Shown here one piece after another: positions 48,756 through 60,167 of a DNA stretch of 64,000 nucleotides. The stretch is from Alphaproteobacteria bacterium (lineage in GTDB: Bacteria > Pseudomonadota > Alphaproteobacteria > UBA828), in NCBI GenBank assembly GCA_965221125.1, contig CBDCRW010000006.1:416001-480000 (forward strand). The letters are read 5' to 3'. Made by a program: the position numbers and the translations under genes. Every line of letters begins with the position of its first letter. Position 1 is the first letter of the stretch. The notes below the pieces were generated by a model. The model had not been told where the DNA came from and searched no databases. It saw nothing but the letters and a program-made list of their open reading frames with translations.

Positions 48756-51407
48756 ATGCTTGAGAAGACCTATCGGCCTGCCGATTTCGAGGGCCGCCTT
48801 TACGATCTCTGGGAGACGAGTGGCGGCTTCGCCGGCCGGCCCGGCGGGGCCGAGCCCTGGTGCGTCATGATGCCGCCGCCCAACGTCACCGGCAGCCTGC
48901 ACATGGGCCACGCGCTCAACAACACGCTGCAGGACGTGCTGACGCGCTACCGGCGGAAGACCGGCCGCAACGCGCTCTGGCAGCCCGGCATGGACCACGC
49001 CGGCATCGCGACGCAGATGGTGGTCGAGCGCCAGCTTGCCGGGGAGGGGACGGACCGCCGCGCGCTCGGCCGGGACGCGTTCATCGACCGGGTGTGGTCG
49101 TGGAAGGCCGAATCGGGCGGCGCCATCGGCCGCCAGCTCCGCCGCCTCGGCGCCTCGCCGGACTGGGCGCGCGAGCGCTTCACCATGGACGAGGGCCTGA
49201 GCCGGGCGGTGATCGAGGTCTTCGTCTCGCTCTACCGCCAGGGCCTGATCTACCGCGACAAGCGGCTCGTGAACTGGGACCCGGTGCTGGGCACGGCGAT
49301 CTCCGACCTCGAGGTCGAGCAGCGCGAGATGAAGGACGGCAAGCTCTGGCACATCCGCTATCCCGTCGCGGGCGAGCCCGGCCGGCACATCGTCGTCGCC
49401 ACCACGCGGCCCGAGACCATGCTGGGCGATACCGCCGTCGCCGTGCACCCGGAGGACGCGCGCTACCGGGAGCTGATCGGCAGCGACGCGCTGCTGCCGC
49501 TGGTGGGCCGCCGCTTGCCCATCGTCGCCGACGACTACGCCGACCCCGAGCAGGGCTCCGGCGCGGTGAAGATCACGCCGGCGCACGACTTCAACGACTT
49601 CGAGGTGGGCCGCCGGCACGACCTCGCCGTCGTCAACGTCTTCGACGCCGAGGCCCGGATCAACGAGAACGCGCCCGAGGCCTACCGGTGCCTCGACCGG
49701 ATGGAGGCACGGAAGCGCGTGCTCGCCGACCTGGAAGCGCAGGACCTGATCGAGAGGGTGGAGCCGCACGTCCACACCGTGCCGCACGGCGACCGCTCCG
49801 GCGCGGTGATCGAGCCCTGGCTCACCGACCAGTGGTACGTCGACGCCGCGACGCTGGCCAAGCCCGCCATCGAGGCGGTGGAGACGGGCCGCATCCGCTT
49901 CGTGCCCCGGCGCTGGGAGAACACCTATTTCGAGTGGATGCGCAACATCCAGCCCTGGTGCATCTCGCGCCAGCTCTGGTGGGGGCACCGCATCCCGGCG
50001 TGGTACGGGCCGGACGGCCACGTCTTCGTCGCCGCGACCGAGGCCGAGGCGGAAGAGCAGGCGGCGCGGCACTACGGTAGGGCCGAGCCGCTCAGGCGCG
50101 ACGAGGACGTGCTGGACACGTGGTTCTCATCGGGCCTCTGGCCGTTCTCGACCCTCGGCTGGCCCGAGCGCACGGACGCGCTCGAGACCTACTACCCCAA
50201 CAGCGACCTGATCACGGGCTTCGACATCATCTTCTTCTGGGTCGCCCGGATGGTGATGCTGGGCATGCACTTCATGGGCGATGTCCCCTTCCGCACCGTC
50301 TACATCCATGCGCTGGTGCGGGACGAGAAGGGGCAGAAGATGTCCAAGAGCAAGGGCAACGTCATCGACCCGCTGGCGCTGATCGACAAGTACGGCGCCG
50401 ACGCGCTCCGCTTCACGCTGGCCGCCATGGAGGCGCAGGGGCGCGACATCAAGCTCGCCGAGAGCCGCGTCGCGGGCTACCGCAACTTCGCGACCAAGCT
50501 CTGGAACGCGGCGCGCTTCTGCGAGGCGAACGGGTGCAAGCCTGTGGCCGGTTTCGATCCGGCGCGGGTCGAGGGCCGGGTCAACCGCTGGATCGTGGGC
50601 GAGGCCGCGCGTGCCGCCCGCGACGTGACCCAAGCGCTCGACGCCTACCGCTTCGACGCCGCGGCGGGTGCGGTCTACCACTTCACCTGGGACGTCTTCT
50701 GCGACTGGTACCTGGAGTTCTCGAAGCCCGTGCTCTCCGGCCCGGACGGGGCGGCGAAGGACGAGACCCGGGCTGCGGCCGCCTGGGTGCTGGATACCAT
50801 CCTGGGCCTGCTCCATCCCTTCATGCCCTTCGCGACCGAGGAGCTTTGGGGGCGGATCGACGAGGGCAGGGAGGGCACGCTCATCACGGCGCCGTGGCCC
50901 GCGCTCGACGACGGCATCGGCGATGCCGACGCCGCGCAGGAGATGGACTGGGTGGTGCGGCTCGTCACCCAGGTGCGCGCCGTCCGCGCCGAGATGAACG
51001 TGCCGGCGGGGGCGCGCATCGCGCTCGGCTTACGGGGCGCCGGGCCGGAGACGGCGGCGCGCCTCGGCCGCCACCGCGACGTGATCGCGCGCCTCGCCCG
51101 GTTGAGCGAGGCCGAGGTCACGGACGGCGAGGTGCCGGCCGGCTCGGTGCAGATGATGCTGGACGAGGCGACGGTCGTGCTGCCGCTCGCGGGCGTCATC
51201 GAGTTCGACAAGGAGCGCGCGCGGCTCGACCGCGAGCTCGGCAAGGTGGGCAAGGAGCGCGCCAAGCTGGAGAGCAAGCTCGGGAACGAGCAGTTCCTCG
51301 CGCGCGCGCCCGATCACGTGGTCGAGGAGCAGCGCGTCCGCCTCGACGAGGCCTGCACGGCGGAAGCCCGCCTCAGGGCCGCGCTGGAGCGCATCGCGGC
51401 GGCTTGA
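48756..51407 (+). CDS. valS: Valine-tRNA ligase
   Basis: [33 protein letters not shown]-terminal coiled coil. Confidence 0.97.
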   Translation: MLEKTYRPADFEGRLYDLWETSGGFAGRPGGAEPWCVMMPPPNVTGSLHMGHALNNTLQDVLTRYRRKTGRNALWQPGMDHAGIATQMVVERQLAGEGTDRRALGRDAFIDRVWSWKAESGGAIGRQLRRLGASPDWARERFTMDEGLSRAVIEVFVSLYRQGLIYRDKRLVNWDPVLGTAISDLEVEQREMKDGKLWHIRYPVAGEPGRHIVVATTRPETMLGDTAVAVHPEDARYRELIGSDALLPLVGRRLPIVADDYADPEQGSGAVKITPAHDFNDFEVGRRHDLAVVNVFDAEARINENAPEAYRCLDRMEARKRVLADLEAQDLIERVEPHVHTVPHGDRSGAVIEPWLTDQWYVDAATLAKPAIEAVETGRIRFVPRRWENTYFEWMRNIQPWCISRQLWWGHRIPAWYGPDGHVFVAATEAEAEEQAARHYGRAEPLRRDEDVLDTWFSSGLWPFSTLGWPERTDALETYYPNSDLITGFDIIFFWVARMVMLGMHFMGDVPFRTVYIHALVRDEKGQKMSKSKGNVIDPLALIDKYGADALRFTLAAMEAQGRDIKLAESRVAGYRNFATKLWNAARFCEANGCKPVAGFDPARVEGRVNRWIVGEAARAARDVTQALDAYRFDAAAGAVYHFTWDVFCDWYLEFSKPVLSGPDGAAKDETRAAAAWVLDTILGLLHPFMPFATEELWGRIDEGREGTLITAPWPALDDGIGDADAAQEMDWVVRLVTQVRAVRAEMNVPAGARIALGLRGAGPETAARLGRHRDVIARLARLSEAEVTDGEVPAGSVQMMLDEATVVLPLAGVIEFDKERARLDRELGKVGKERAKLESKLGNEQFLARAPDHVVEEQRVRLDEACTAEARLRAALERIAAA

Positions 51408-51526
51408 CCGCAACCCATGGGGACGAGTAAGCCGTGCGGCGTCGGGCCGGGGCTCGCCGAGCCGGCCCGCACGGCACAGAGGCCGCCGCCCGAGAGTTCC
51501 GGGCGGTGCGCAGGGGGAAGGGCGCC

Positions 51527-53248
51527 ATGAGCAAGAGATTCGACAAGTCCAAGCTGCCGAGCAGGCACATCACCGAGGGGCCGAAGAGCGCCGCGCACAG
51601 GGCGTTCTTCTACGCCATGGGCGTCTCCCGCCAGGCGGTGAGCCGGCCCATCGTCGGTGTGGCCACCACCTGGAACGAGACCGCGCCCTGCAACATCACG
51701 CTCCGCCGCCAGGCGCTCGCGGCGAAGACCGGCGTGGACGAGGCCGGCGGCACGCCGCGCGAGTTCACCACCATCACGGTGACCGACGGCATCGCCATGG
51801 GCCACCAGGGCATGAAGTCCTCGCTGGTCTCGCGCGACGTGATCGCGGATTCGGTGGAACTCACCATGCGCGGGCACTCCTACGACGCGCTGGTGGGCAT
51901 CGCCGGCTGCGACAAGTCGCTGCCCGGCATGATGATGGCGCTGGTGCGGCTCAACGTGCCGGGCGTGTTCCTCTACGGCGGCTCCATCCTGCCGGGGCGC
52001 TTCCGCGGCAAGGACATCACGATCATGGACGTCTACGAGGCCTACGGGAAGCTCAACCAGGGCGATGTCAGCGAGGAGGACCTGGCGGAGATCGAGGCGG
52101 TGGCGTGCCCTTCCGGCGGCTCCTGCGGCGGGCAGTTCACCGCCAACACCATGGCCTGCGTCTCCGAGGCCATCGGGCTTGCGCTGCCGCATTCGGCGGG
52201 CGCTCCCGCCGTCTACGAATCCCGCGACGAGTTCGCGGTGGAGTCCGGCAAGTGCGTCATGGACCTGATCGAGAACAACCTGCGCCCGCGCGACATCGTC
52301 ACCCGCAAGGCGATGGAGAACGCAGCGACCGTGGTGGCGGCGACCGGCGGGTCGACGAACGCGGGCCTGCACCTGCCGGCCATCGCCAACGAGGCGGGGA
52401 TCGACTTCGATCTCGCCGCCGTGGCGGAGGTCTTCAAGCGCACGCCCTACATCGCGGACCTCAAGCCCGGCGGGCGCTACGTGGCGAAGGACCTGTTCGA
52501 GGCGGGCGGCGTGCCCATCGTGCTGAAGGCGCTGCTGGACGGCGGCTACCTGCACGGCGACTGCATGACCGTGACCGGCAGGACGCTCGCCGAGAACCTG
52601 GCCGACGTGACCTTCCCCACCGGGCAGGACGTGGTGGTGCCGACGTCGGCGCCGATCACGCCCACCGGCGGCGTCGTGGGGCTCAGCGGCAATCTCGCGC
52701 CGGAAGGGGCGATCGTGAAGGTGGCCGGGCTTACGCGGCTCCGCCACGTGGGGCCCGCGCGCTGCTTCGACACCGAAGAAGAGGCGATGAAGGCCATCGT
52801 CAGCCGCGACTACCGCTCCGGCGACGTGATCGTCATCCGCTACGAGGGGCCGAAGGGCGGCCCCGGCATGCGCGAGATGCTGGCCGTCACCTCGCAGATC
52901 TACGGGCAGGGCAAGGGCGAGGAGGTGGCGCTCATCACCGACGGCCGCTTCTCCGGCGCCACGCGCGGCTTCTGCATCGGCCACGTCGGGCCCGAGGCTG
53001 CGGTGGGCGGCCCCATCGCGCTCCTGCGCGACGGCGACGAGGTGACCATCGACGCGACCAGCGGCGAGCTCAGCGTCGCACTCTCCGACGCCGAACTTGC
53101 GGAGCGCGCCAAGTCCTGGGCGCCGCGTTCGCACGACTACCAGGCGGGCGTGCTGTGGAAGTACGCAGCGACCGTGGGGCCTGCCTACCAGGGCGCGGTG
53201 ACGCACCCCGGCGGCGCGGCGGAAACCCATTGCTTCGCCGACATCTGA
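51527..53248 (+). CDS. ilvD: Dihydroxy-acid dehydratase
   Basis: [41 protein letters not shown]. Confidence 0.95.
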   Translation: MSKRFDKSKLPSRHITEGPKSAAHRAFFYAMGVSRQAVSRPIVGVATTWNETAPCNITLRRQALAAKTGVDEAGGTPREFTTITVTDGIAMGHQGMKSSLVSRDVIADSVELTMRGHSYDALVGIAGCDKSLPGMMMALVRLNVPGVFLYGGSILPGRFRGKDITIMDVYEAYGKLNQGDVSEEDLAEIEAVACPSGGSCGGQFTANTMACVSEAIGLALPHSAGAPAVYESRDEFAVESGKCVMDLIENNLRPRDIVTRKAMENAATVVAATGGSTNAGLHLPAIANEAGIDFDLAAVAEVFKRTPYIADLKPGGRYVAKDLFEAGGVPIVLKALLDGGYLHGDCMTVTGRTLAENLADVTFPTGQDVVVPTSAPITPTGGVVGLSGNLAPEGAIVKVAGLTRLRHVGPARCFDTEEEAMKAIVSRDYRSGDVIVIRYEGPKGGPGMREMLAVTSQIYGQGKGEEVALITDGRFSGATRGFCIGHVGPEAAVGGPIALLRDGDEVTIDATSGELSVALSDAELAERAKSWAPRSHDYQAGVLWKYAATVGPAYQGAVTHPGGAAETHCFADI

Positions 53249-53282
53249 GCGGCCGCGCGGTCATGGCCGGCACGGCCGGACG

Positions 53283-54500
53283 ATGAGCAAGGGCAAGGGC
53301 GGCACGGGGCGCCACCGGGACGAGACGCTGCTCTCGGTGCTGGGGCGCGACCCGGCGGCGAACCACGGCGTGGTCAACCCGCCCGTCTATCACGCCTCGA
53401 CCATCCTGCACGAGAACGCCGCGGCGCTGCGGGAAGCGACCTTCGGCCCGCGCCAGTACGGCAAGACCTATTACGGCCGCTACGGCACGCCCACGACCTT
53501 CCCGCTGCAGGATTCGATTACCGCGCTTGAACGGGGATACCGGACCTACCTCTTCGGCTCCGGCAAGGCGGCGATCGTGGCGTCGCTGCTCGCCTTCGTG
53601 AAGAGCGGCGACCACGTGCTGATGACCGACAGCGCCTACGGCCCGACGCGGGGCCTCGCGGGCGGGCTGCTCAGGCGCATGGGGATCGAGACGACATTCT
53701 ATGACCCCCGCGTGGGCGCCGGCATCGCGGAGCTGATGCGCGAGAACACGAGCGTGGTGGTGGGCGAATCACCGGGCTCGCTCACCTTCGAGATCCAGGA
53801 CTTTCCGGCGCTCGCGGACGCGACCCACGCGCGGGGCGCGGTGCTGATCGTTGACAACACCTGGGCCTCGCCGCTCTTCTGCCAGCCGCTGACTCTGGGC
53901 GCGGACGTCTCGCTCCACGCCTGCACCAAGTACATCGTCGGCCATTCGGACGCGATGCTGGGCTCGGTCACCACCACCGAGGCGCATGTCGAGCCGATAC
54001 GCCATATCTTCGAGGAGCTGGGCGCGGCCCCCGGCCCCGACGACTGCTACCTGGGCCTGCGCGGTCTGCGCACGCTCTCCGTCCGCCTGCACCGGCATCA
54101 GGAGACCGGGCTCGCCCTCGCCCGTTGGCTGCAGGCGCGGCCCGAGGTCCGCCGCGTGCTGCATCCCGCGCTGGAGGACGACCCCGGACACGACTTGTGG
54201 AAACGCGACTTCTCCGGCGCATCCAGCCTCTTCGGCGTGGTGCTGGAGCCGGTGCCGGAGCCCGCGGTCGATGCCTTCCTCGATTCGCTCGCGCTCTTCG
54301 GCCTCGGCTACTCCTGGGGTGGCTACGAGAGCCTGGCGCTCCCCACCTATCCCTGGAAGCTCCGCAATGCCACGGAGTGGGACCCGGCCTATCCGCTGCT
54401 TCGCATCTACGCGGGCCTGGAAGACCCGGACGACCTCATCGCCGACCTCGCGCAAGGGTTCGAGCGCATGGCCGAGGCCCGCGACGCCCAGCCCGATTAG
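53283..54500 (+). CDS. metC: Cystathionine beta-lyase
   Basis: VNPPVYHAST, YGRYGTPT, DNTW, TKYIVGHSD, GYSWGGYESL. Confidence 0.92.
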   Translation: MSKGKGGTGRHRDETLLSVLGRDPAANHGVVNPPVYHASTILHENAAALREATFGPRQYGKTYYGRYGTPTTFPLQDSITALERGYRTYLFGSGKAAIVASLLAFVKSGDHVLMTDSAYGPTRGLAGGLLRRMGIETTFYDPRVGAGIAELMRENTSVVVGESPGSLTFEIQDFPALADATHARGAVLIVDNTWASPLFCQPLTLGADVSLHACTKYIVGHSDAMLGSVTTTEAHVEPIRHIFEELGAAPGPDDCYLGLRGLRTLSVRLHRHQETGLALARWLQARPEVRRVLHPALEDDPGHDLWKRDFSGASSLFGVVLEPVPEPAVDAFLDSLALFGLGYSWGGYESLALPTYPWKLRNATEWDPAYPLLRIYAGLEDPDDLIADLAQGFERMAEARDAQPD

Positions 54501-54564
54501 GGCGCCCGCGCTTGGCGCGCGGCTCCACACTTCCTAGATTAGACCCACGCCATCGGGAGCTTCC

Positions 54565-55035
54565 ATGTACGACTGGCACTTCGACGACATGGCGCCCGGC
54601 ATGCGCTTCGAGAGTCTGGGCAAGACCTTGAGCGAAGCGGAGATCATCGATTTCGCCTTCCAGTACGACCCGCAGCCCTTCCATATCGACAAGGCCTACG
54701 CCGAGGCCGGCCCCTACGGCGGGATCATCGCGAGCGGCATCCAGACCATCGGCACGGCGCTCCGCATGATGGTGCAGGCTAGAGTGTTCGCGCCGGAGAC
54801 CGTGCTGGGCTCGCCCGGCGTGGAGGACCTGCGCTGGGTGCAGCCGGTCCGCCCTGGCGACACGATCCGGTCTACCGGCGAGCTCCTCGAGGTCCGGGCG
54901 TCGCAGTCGAGACCTGAGCGCGGCATCGTCCGCTACCGGATGGACGTGCTGAACCAGCGCGACGAGGTGGTCATGACCATGACCAGCAGCACGTTCGTCC
55001 GGCGCGAGCCGGCGGCGGCGGGCGACGCCGCGTAG
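54565..55035 (+). CDS. MaoC-family dehydratase
   Basis: FAFQYDPQPFH, IIASG, PVRPGD. Confidence 0.88.
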   Translation: MYDWHFDDMAPGMRFESLGKTLSEAEIIDFAFQYDPQPFHIDKAYAEAGPYGGIIASGIQTIGTALRMMVQARVFAPETVLGSPGVEDLRWVQPVRPGDTIRSTGELLEVRASQSRPERGIVRYRMDVLNQRDEVVMTMTSSTFVRREPAAAGDAA

Positions 55036-55038
55036 GCC

Positions 55039-55539
55039 TTGATCGCGGCGCCGATACAGCGGTGGGGGGCGGGGCGCGCCATCCCGCTGCTCGTCGCGGC
55101 GGGGAGCGCGGGCCTGCTGCTCGGCGCCTATCTCTCCCAGCACGTGGGCGGGCTCGCGCCGTGCCCGCTCTGCCTGATCCAGCGCTACCCCCACTTCGCC
55201 GTGCTCGGGCTGGGGCTCGCCGCAGCGGCCCTCGGTGGCCGCGCGCGGGTTGCGCTGCTCGGGCTATGCGGCTTCGCGCTCCTGGTGACGGCCGGCTACG
55301 GCGTCTACCATGTTGGCGTCGAGCAGGGCTGGTTCGAGAGCGATTGCGCTGCGCCGATGGCCGGCGGCAGCATCGAGGACATCAAGGCCCAGATCATGGC
55401 GGCGCCGCTCACGCGCTGCGACGAGGTGCCGTGGTCACTGATCGGCGTCTCGCTCGCGGGCTGGAACGCCATTGCCTCGGTGCTGATGGCGGGGCTGGCG
55501 GGCTGGGGCGCGGTGCGGCTGTGGAGGGCGGGCACATGA
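55039..55539 (+). CDS. dsbB: Disulfide bond formation protein B family
   Basis: PCPLCLIQR, YHVGVE, second Cys pair, SLAGWN. Confidence 0.85.
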   Translation: MIAAPIQRWGAGRAIPLLVAAGSAGLLLGAYLSQHVGGLAPCPLCLIQRYPHFAVLGLGLAAAALGGRARVALLGLCGFALLVTAGYGVYHVGVEQGWFESDCAAPMAGGSIEDIKAQIMAAPLTRCDEVPWSLIGVSLAGWNAIASVLMAGLAGWGAVRLWRAGT

Positions 55540-56117
55540 GCGAAGAGGCGCGCGCCGACGCGCGGCCCAGGGTGACGGGCGAGGACCGGCTGCCCGGCGA
55601 TCCCGGACGCGCAGAGCTGATCGCCCGCATGATCCGTGTCGATCACGCCGGCGAGTACGGCGCGAAGCGGATCTACGACGGCCAGCTCGCAGTGCTGGGG
55701 CGGAGCGGCGCCGCGCCCGCGATCCGCGAGATGGCCGAGGCGGAGCAGGCGCACCTGGATGCCTTCGACGAACTGCTGGTGGAGCGCCGGGTACGGCCGA
55801 CCGCGCTGGCGCCGGTCTGGCATGTCGCGGGCTTTGCGCTGGGGGCGGCGAGCGCCATGCTCGGCGAGCGGGCGGCCATGGCGTGCACCGTCGCGGTCGA
55901 GGAGGTGATCGAGGAGCACTACGCGGGCCAGGCCGCAACGCTCGGCGAGGAGGAGGCGGCGCTGCGCCGGACGCTCGAGGAATTCGGCGCCGACGAGGCC
56001 CGGCACCGCGAGACCGGCCTCGAGCACGGGGCCGAGCAGGCGCCCGGCTACGAGGCGCTGTCGGCGGCGGTCAAGCGCGGCACCCGCCTCGCCATCTGGC
56101 TCTCGGAACGGATTTAG
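55536..56117 (+). CDS. coq7: Demethoxyubiquinone hydroxylase
   Basis: RVDHAGEYGA, E..H, MACTVAVEEVIEEHY, DE..H di-iron motifs. Confidence 0.92.
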   Translation: MSEEARADARPRVTGEDRLPGDPGRAELIARMIRVDHAGEYGAKRIYDGQLAVLGRSGAAPAIREMAEAEQAHLDAFDELLVERRVRPTALAPVWHVAGFALGAASAMLGERAAMACTVAVEEVIEEHYAGQAATLGEEEAALRRTLEEFGADEARHRETGLEHGAEQAPGYEALSAAVKRGTRLAIWLSERI

Positions 56118-57904
56118 AGCGCGGCTTCCAGCTCGTCGACGAAGCCTGCGATCACGTCGAGGCCGAGGGACCAGAACGCGGGGTCGCTCGCGTCGAGGCC
56201 GAAGGGGGCCAGCAGCTCCCGGTGGCGGAGGCTGCCGCCGGCCCGCAGCATCTCCAGGTATTTCTGCTCGAACCCCGCCGGCTCCGCGCGGTAGACGGCG
56301 TAGAGCGCGTTCACCAGGCACTCGCCGAAGGCGTAGGCGTAGACGTAGAAGGGCGCGTGGATGAAGTGGGGGATGTAGGCCCAGTAGAAGCGGTACTCGT
56401 CGTGGAAGCGGAGCGCGGGGCCGAGGCTCTCGCCTTGCACCGCGAGCCAGTGCCCCGACAGGCGCTCGGGCGTGAGCTCGCCCGCGCGGCGCTCCTCGTG
56501 CACGCGGCGCTCGAAGGCGCAGAAGGCGACCTGGCGCACCACGGTGTTGAGCATGTCCTCGACCTTGCCGACGAGCATGACCCGGCGGCGCACGGGATCG
56601 CTCTCACCGTCGAGCAGGGCGCGGAAGGTGAGCTGCTCGCCGAAGACGGAGGCGGTCTCGGCGAGCGTCAGCGGCGTCTCCGCCATGAGCAGGCCTTGCC
56701 CGCCCGCCAGCACCTGGTGGACCCCGTGGCCGAGCTCGTGGGCGAGCACCATCACGTCCCGTGTCTTGCCCTTGTAGTTGAGCAAAAGGTACGGGTGCGC
56801 GCCCGGCACCGTGGGATGGGCGAAGGCGCCCGGCGACTTGCCATGGCGCACGGGCACGTCGATCCAGTCGTTCTCGAAGAAGCGCCGGCCGATGTCGGCG
56901 AGTGCGGGCGAGAAGGCGCGGTAGGCGGCGAGCACGGTGGACGCCGCCTCGTCCCAGCCGATGATGCGGTCTCCGTCTTCGGGCAAGGGCGCGTTGCGGT
57001 CCCAGTAATCGAGGCGGTCCACACCCATCCAGCGCGCCTTGAGTGCGTAGTAGCGGTGCGCGAGGCGGGGGGCCGCGGCTTCGACGGCGGCGATCAGCGC
57101 TTCCACCACCTCGTCCTCGACCCGGTTGCCGAGATTGCGCGCAGAGATGGGGCGCGCGAAGCCCCGCCACTGGTCCTCGATCTCCTTGTCCTTGGCGAGC
57201 GTGTTGGTGATGAGCGCGAAGGTGCGGACGTTCTCGCCGAGGACGCTGCCGATGGCCTGCGCGGCCTCCCTGCGCACTGCGCCGTCCTTGTCCGAGAGCA
57301 GGTTGAGCGCGTCGGCGCTGGAGAGCGACTCGCCCTGCACGGGGAAGCGAAGCCCCGCCATGGTCTCGTCGAAGAGGCGCATCCAGGCGGCGCGGCCCGC
57401 GACCTGCTTCTCGTGCAGCAGGCGCTCCACCTCGTCCGAGAGCTGGAAGGGGCGGAAGGTGCGCACGTCGTGCACCCAGGGCGCATAGCGGGCGAGCGCC
57501 GGGGCCGCGAGCTTGTCGGCCAAGGCGTCGTCCTCAATGCGGTTGAGCTCGAGGGTGAGGAAGAGGAGCCGGCTTTCCGTCGCGGTGGTCTCCTCGCGGA
57601 CAGTCTGGAAGAACTGCGCCGTCTCGGCGTCGTCCATCGCCGTGCAATAGACGAGGTAGGCGTAACTGGTGAGACGCCCCAGAATCTCCTGGATCGCCTC
57701 GTAGCGGGCGATCAGGTCGCCCAAGGCTGCGCCATCGAGATCCGCGATGCGGCCTGCGAACTCGTCGTGCAGGGCGGACGCCGCGTCGGCGGCGTGCGCC
57801 AGGTCGCGCTTCAGCGCGTCCGAGTCCGGCGCAGGGTAGAGGTCGGAGAGGTCCCAGCCGGGGAGCGCACCGTCGTCGGTCTGCGCAGCCGCAGCCTGCG
57901 TCAT
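56114..57904 (-). CDS. M3-family oligoendopeptidase F
   Basis: WDLSDLY, LAHELGHGVH, AETASVFGE, PHF...FYVYAYAFG. Confidence 0.92.
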   Translation of the reverse strand: MTQAAAAQTDDGALPGWDLSDLYPAPDSDALKRDLAHAADAASALHDEFAGRIADLDGAALGDLIARYEAIQEILGRLTSYAYLVYCTAMDDAETAQFFQTVREETTATESRLLFLTLELNRIEDDALADKLAAPALARYAPWVHDVRTFRPFQLSDEVERLLHEKQVAGRAAWMRLFDETMAGLRFPVQGESLSSADALNLLSDKDGAVRREAAQAIGSVLGENVRTFALITNTLAKDKEIEDQWRGFARPISARNLGNRVEDEVVEALIAAVEAAAPRLAHRYYALKARWMGVDRLDYWDRNAPLPEDGDRIIGWDEAASTVLAAYRAFSPALADIGRRFFENDWIDVPVRHGKSPGAFAHPTVPGAHPYLLLNYKGKTRDVMVLAHELGHGVHQVLAGGQGLLMAETPLTLAETASVFGEQLTFRALLDGESDPVRRRVMLVGKVEDMLNTVVRQVAFCAFERRVHEERRAGELTPERLSGHWLAVQGESLGPALRFHDEYRFYWAYIPHFIHAPFYVYAYAFGECLVNALYAVYRAEPAGFEQKYLEMLRAGGSLRHRELLAPFGLDASDPAFWSLGLDVIAGFVDELEAAL

Positions 57905-58704
57905 CGGCCGCCCCGGCCGAAGGCGGGCTTGCGGCGCTCGCGGAAGGCGGCCAGGCCCTCGCGGTGGTCGGCGGAGACGTTGGTCAGGCTCTCGTAGGCG
58001 ATGGAGGCGTCCATCATCGCGTGCGCGAGCTGCTTGAGGCCGACGTTGATGGAGACCTTGGTGTAGCGGATCGCCTGGGTCGCGCCGCGCTCGAGCTTGC
58101 CCACCATGCGGTCGACGCGGGCGTCGAGCTGGTCCGCCGGCACCGCCTCGTTCACGAGACCGAGCGCCGCCGCCTCGGCACCGTCGATGAGCTTGCCGGT
58201 CATCAAAAACTCCTTGGCGCGCGGGTAGCCGATGAGCTGAGGCCAGATGATCGCGCCGCCGTCGCCCGCCGAGAGCCCGATGTTGACGTGCAGGTCGCCG
58301 ATCCGCGCGTCTTCGGCGGCGATGATGATGTCGCAGAAGAGCGCCACTGTGGCGCCGAGCCCCACCGCGTCGCCGTTGAGCCGGCAGATCACCGGCTTCT
58401 CAAGGTCGAGCAGGCCGAAGACGATCTGCTTCGCCTCGACCGCGATCCCGTCGAAGATCGAGATGTCGTCGATCGCGCCCTGGAGCCAGTCGATGTCGCC
58501 GCCCGCGCAGAAGGCGCGGCCCGCGCCGGTCAGCACGACGATGTCGGTCTCGGCATCGGCGGCGATGTCGTTGAAGAGCCGCGCCATCTCGCTGTGCATG
58601 GCGGCGTTCACGGCGTTGAGCACGTCGGGCCGGTTCAGCGTCACGGTGAGCACGCGGCGCTCGCGCGCGAAGCGCATGGTGGTGTAGCTCTCGTAGCCCG
58701 TCAT
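57901..58704 (-). CDS. Enoyl-CoA hydratase/isomerase family protein
   Basis: LNRPDVLNA, AFCAGGDI, AFRERRKP. Confidence 0.9.
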   Translation of the reverse strand: MTGYESYTTMRFARERRVLTVTLNRPDVLNAVNAAMHSEMARLFNDIAADAETDIVVLTGAGRAFCAGGDIDWLQGAIDDISIFDGIAVEAKQIVFGLLDLEKPVICRLNGDAVGLGATVALFCDIIIAAEDARIGDLHVNIGLSAGDGGAIIWPQLIGYPRAKEFLMTGKLIDGAEAAALGLVNEAVPADQLDARVDRMVGKLERGATQAIRYTKVSINVGLKQLAHAMMDASIAYESLTNVSADHREGLAAFRERRKPAFGRGGR

Positions 58705-58867
58705 CTCGCCTCCCCTGCCTCTCGCGCGGCTCTCGCGCGGCTCTCGAGCCGGGGGAGGGTGTCAGCACGCCGCCTTGAACGCAACGAATCCCGCGCGCCG
58801 CTCCGTCTTGCCCTCGGCCCGGCCCGACCCTATCGTGCGCGCGTAGCGTGCGCAGGGGAGGGCCGGC

Positions 58868-59200
58868 GTGAGCGACGATCCGGGACGCGGCTGCCACGAC
58901 ATCGGCGGGCTGCCCGCCGGCCGCATCGAGCGGGCGGAGCACGCGCACGCGCCCTGGGAGAAGCGGGTCGACGCGCTGATGGTGCTGCTCGGCGGCCAGG
59001 GGAGCGGGACGATCACCGTGGACGAGCTGCGCCGCGGCATCGAGCAGCTCGGCGCCGAGGCCTACGGCGAGATGAGCTACTACGAGCGCTGGATCGCCTC
59101 GATGACCAACACGCTGCTCAACAAGGGCATCATCTCGTCGGACGAGCTTGGCCGGCGCATGGCCGAGGTCGAGGCGCGGGGCGGGGAGGGCGCCGGCTGA
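58868..59200 (+). CDS. Nitrile hydratase beta N-terminal half (ScnB-like subunit)
   Basis: HDIGG, PWE, DELRRGIE, YYERW. Confidence 0.8.
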   Translation: MSDDPGRGCHDIGGLPAGRIERAEHAHAPWEKRVDALMVLLGGQGSGTITVDELRRGIEQLGAEAYGEMSYYERWIASMTNTLLNKGIISSDELGRRMAEVEARGGEGAG

Positions 59201-59490
59201 TGGCCGCCCGCTTCGCCGTGGGCGACCGCGTCGCCGTGCGCCGCGCCTTCCCGCTCGGCCACATCCGCACGCCCTACTACGCGCGGGGCGCGGTCGGCGA
59301 CGTCGAGCGCATTTGCGGCGCCTTCGGCAATCCCGAGGAGCTGGCGTTCGGACGCGGCGACGGGGCCCGGCAGCCCCTCTACCGGGTACGCTTCGCCCAG
59401 ACCGCGCTCTGGCCGGACTACGACGGCGCGGCCGGCGATACCATTGACATCGAGCTTTACGAGCACTGGCTCGAGCCCGCGACGGAGTGA
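59200..59490 (+). CDS. Nitrile hydratase beta C-terminal SH3-like half (ScnA-like subunit)
   Basis: FAVGDRV, GHIRTPYY.RG, LYRVRF...LW, DIELYEHWLE; TGATG coupling. Confidence 0.8.
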   Translation: MAARFAVGDRVAVRRAFPLGHIRTPYYARGAVGDVERICGAFGNPEELAFGRGDGARQPLYRVRFAQTALWPDYDGAAGDTIDIELYEHWLEPATE

Positions 59491-59493
59491 GCG

Positions 59494-60111
59494 ATGGCAG
59501 CCCACGCCCACGATCACCGGCCGCCGCCCGACGAGGACGGCCCGCTCACCTACTACCAGACCATGGAGATCGCCGTGCGCGAGCTCCTGATCGAGAAGGG
59601 GGTGTTCGGCGCCGACGACGTGCGCGCCGCGATCGAGACCATGGACGCACGCAGCCCCGCGCGGGGCGCCGAGGTCGTCGCCCACGCCTGGGCCGACCCG
59701 GCGTTCAGGGAGGCGCTTCTGGCGGACGGCAGCGCGGCCTGCGCCCGGCTCGGCATCGACATCGGGCCGCTGAAGCTCATCGCGGTCGAGAACACCAAGG
59801 ACGTGCACAACGTCATCGTGTGCACGCTCTGCTCCTGCTATCCGCGCAACCTGCTGGGCCTGCCGCCGGACTGGTACAAGGCGAAGGCGTATCGCGCGCG
59901 GGTGGTGCGCGAGCCCCGCGCGGTGCTGCGCGAGTTCGGCACCGAAATCCCGGAAGACGTGACCGTGCGGGTGCACGATTCCACCGCCGACATGCGCTAT
60001 ATTGTCGTGCCCCGCCGCCCCGCCGGCACCGAGGGCTGGGACCGCGAGCGTCTCGCCGCACTGGTGACGCGGGACTGCATGATCGGCGTGACGGTCCCGA
60101 AAAACCCCTGA
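59494..60111 (+). CDS. Co-type nitrile hydratase alpha / ScnC-like catalytic subunit
   Basis: VCTLCSCY metal motif, LGLPPDWYK, YRARVVREPR, VHDSTAD. Confidence 0.9.
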   Translation: MAAHAHDHRPPPDEDGPLTYYQTMEIAVRELLIEKGVFGADDVRAAIETMDARSPARGAEVVAHAWADPAFREALLADGSAACARLGIDIGPLKLIAVENTKDVHNVIVCTLCSCYPRNLLGLPPDWYKAKAYRARVVREPRAVLREFGTEIPEDVTVRVHDSTADMRYIVVPRRPAGTEGWDRERLAALVTRDCMIGVTVPKNP

Positions 60112-60167
60112 GCCCGGCAGCGCCGCGCCCGGCGCGCCAAATCGAGTTGGGAGGCTGAGTTCGAGCC

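Noticed and set aside
55039-56117. dsbB-coq7 overlap
   Set aside because: Commonly conserved pairing in alphaproteobacteria
58719-58747. CTCTCGCGCGG tandem repeat between divergent genes
   Set aside because: Under three copies of a GC-rich unit; slippage is sufficient explanation
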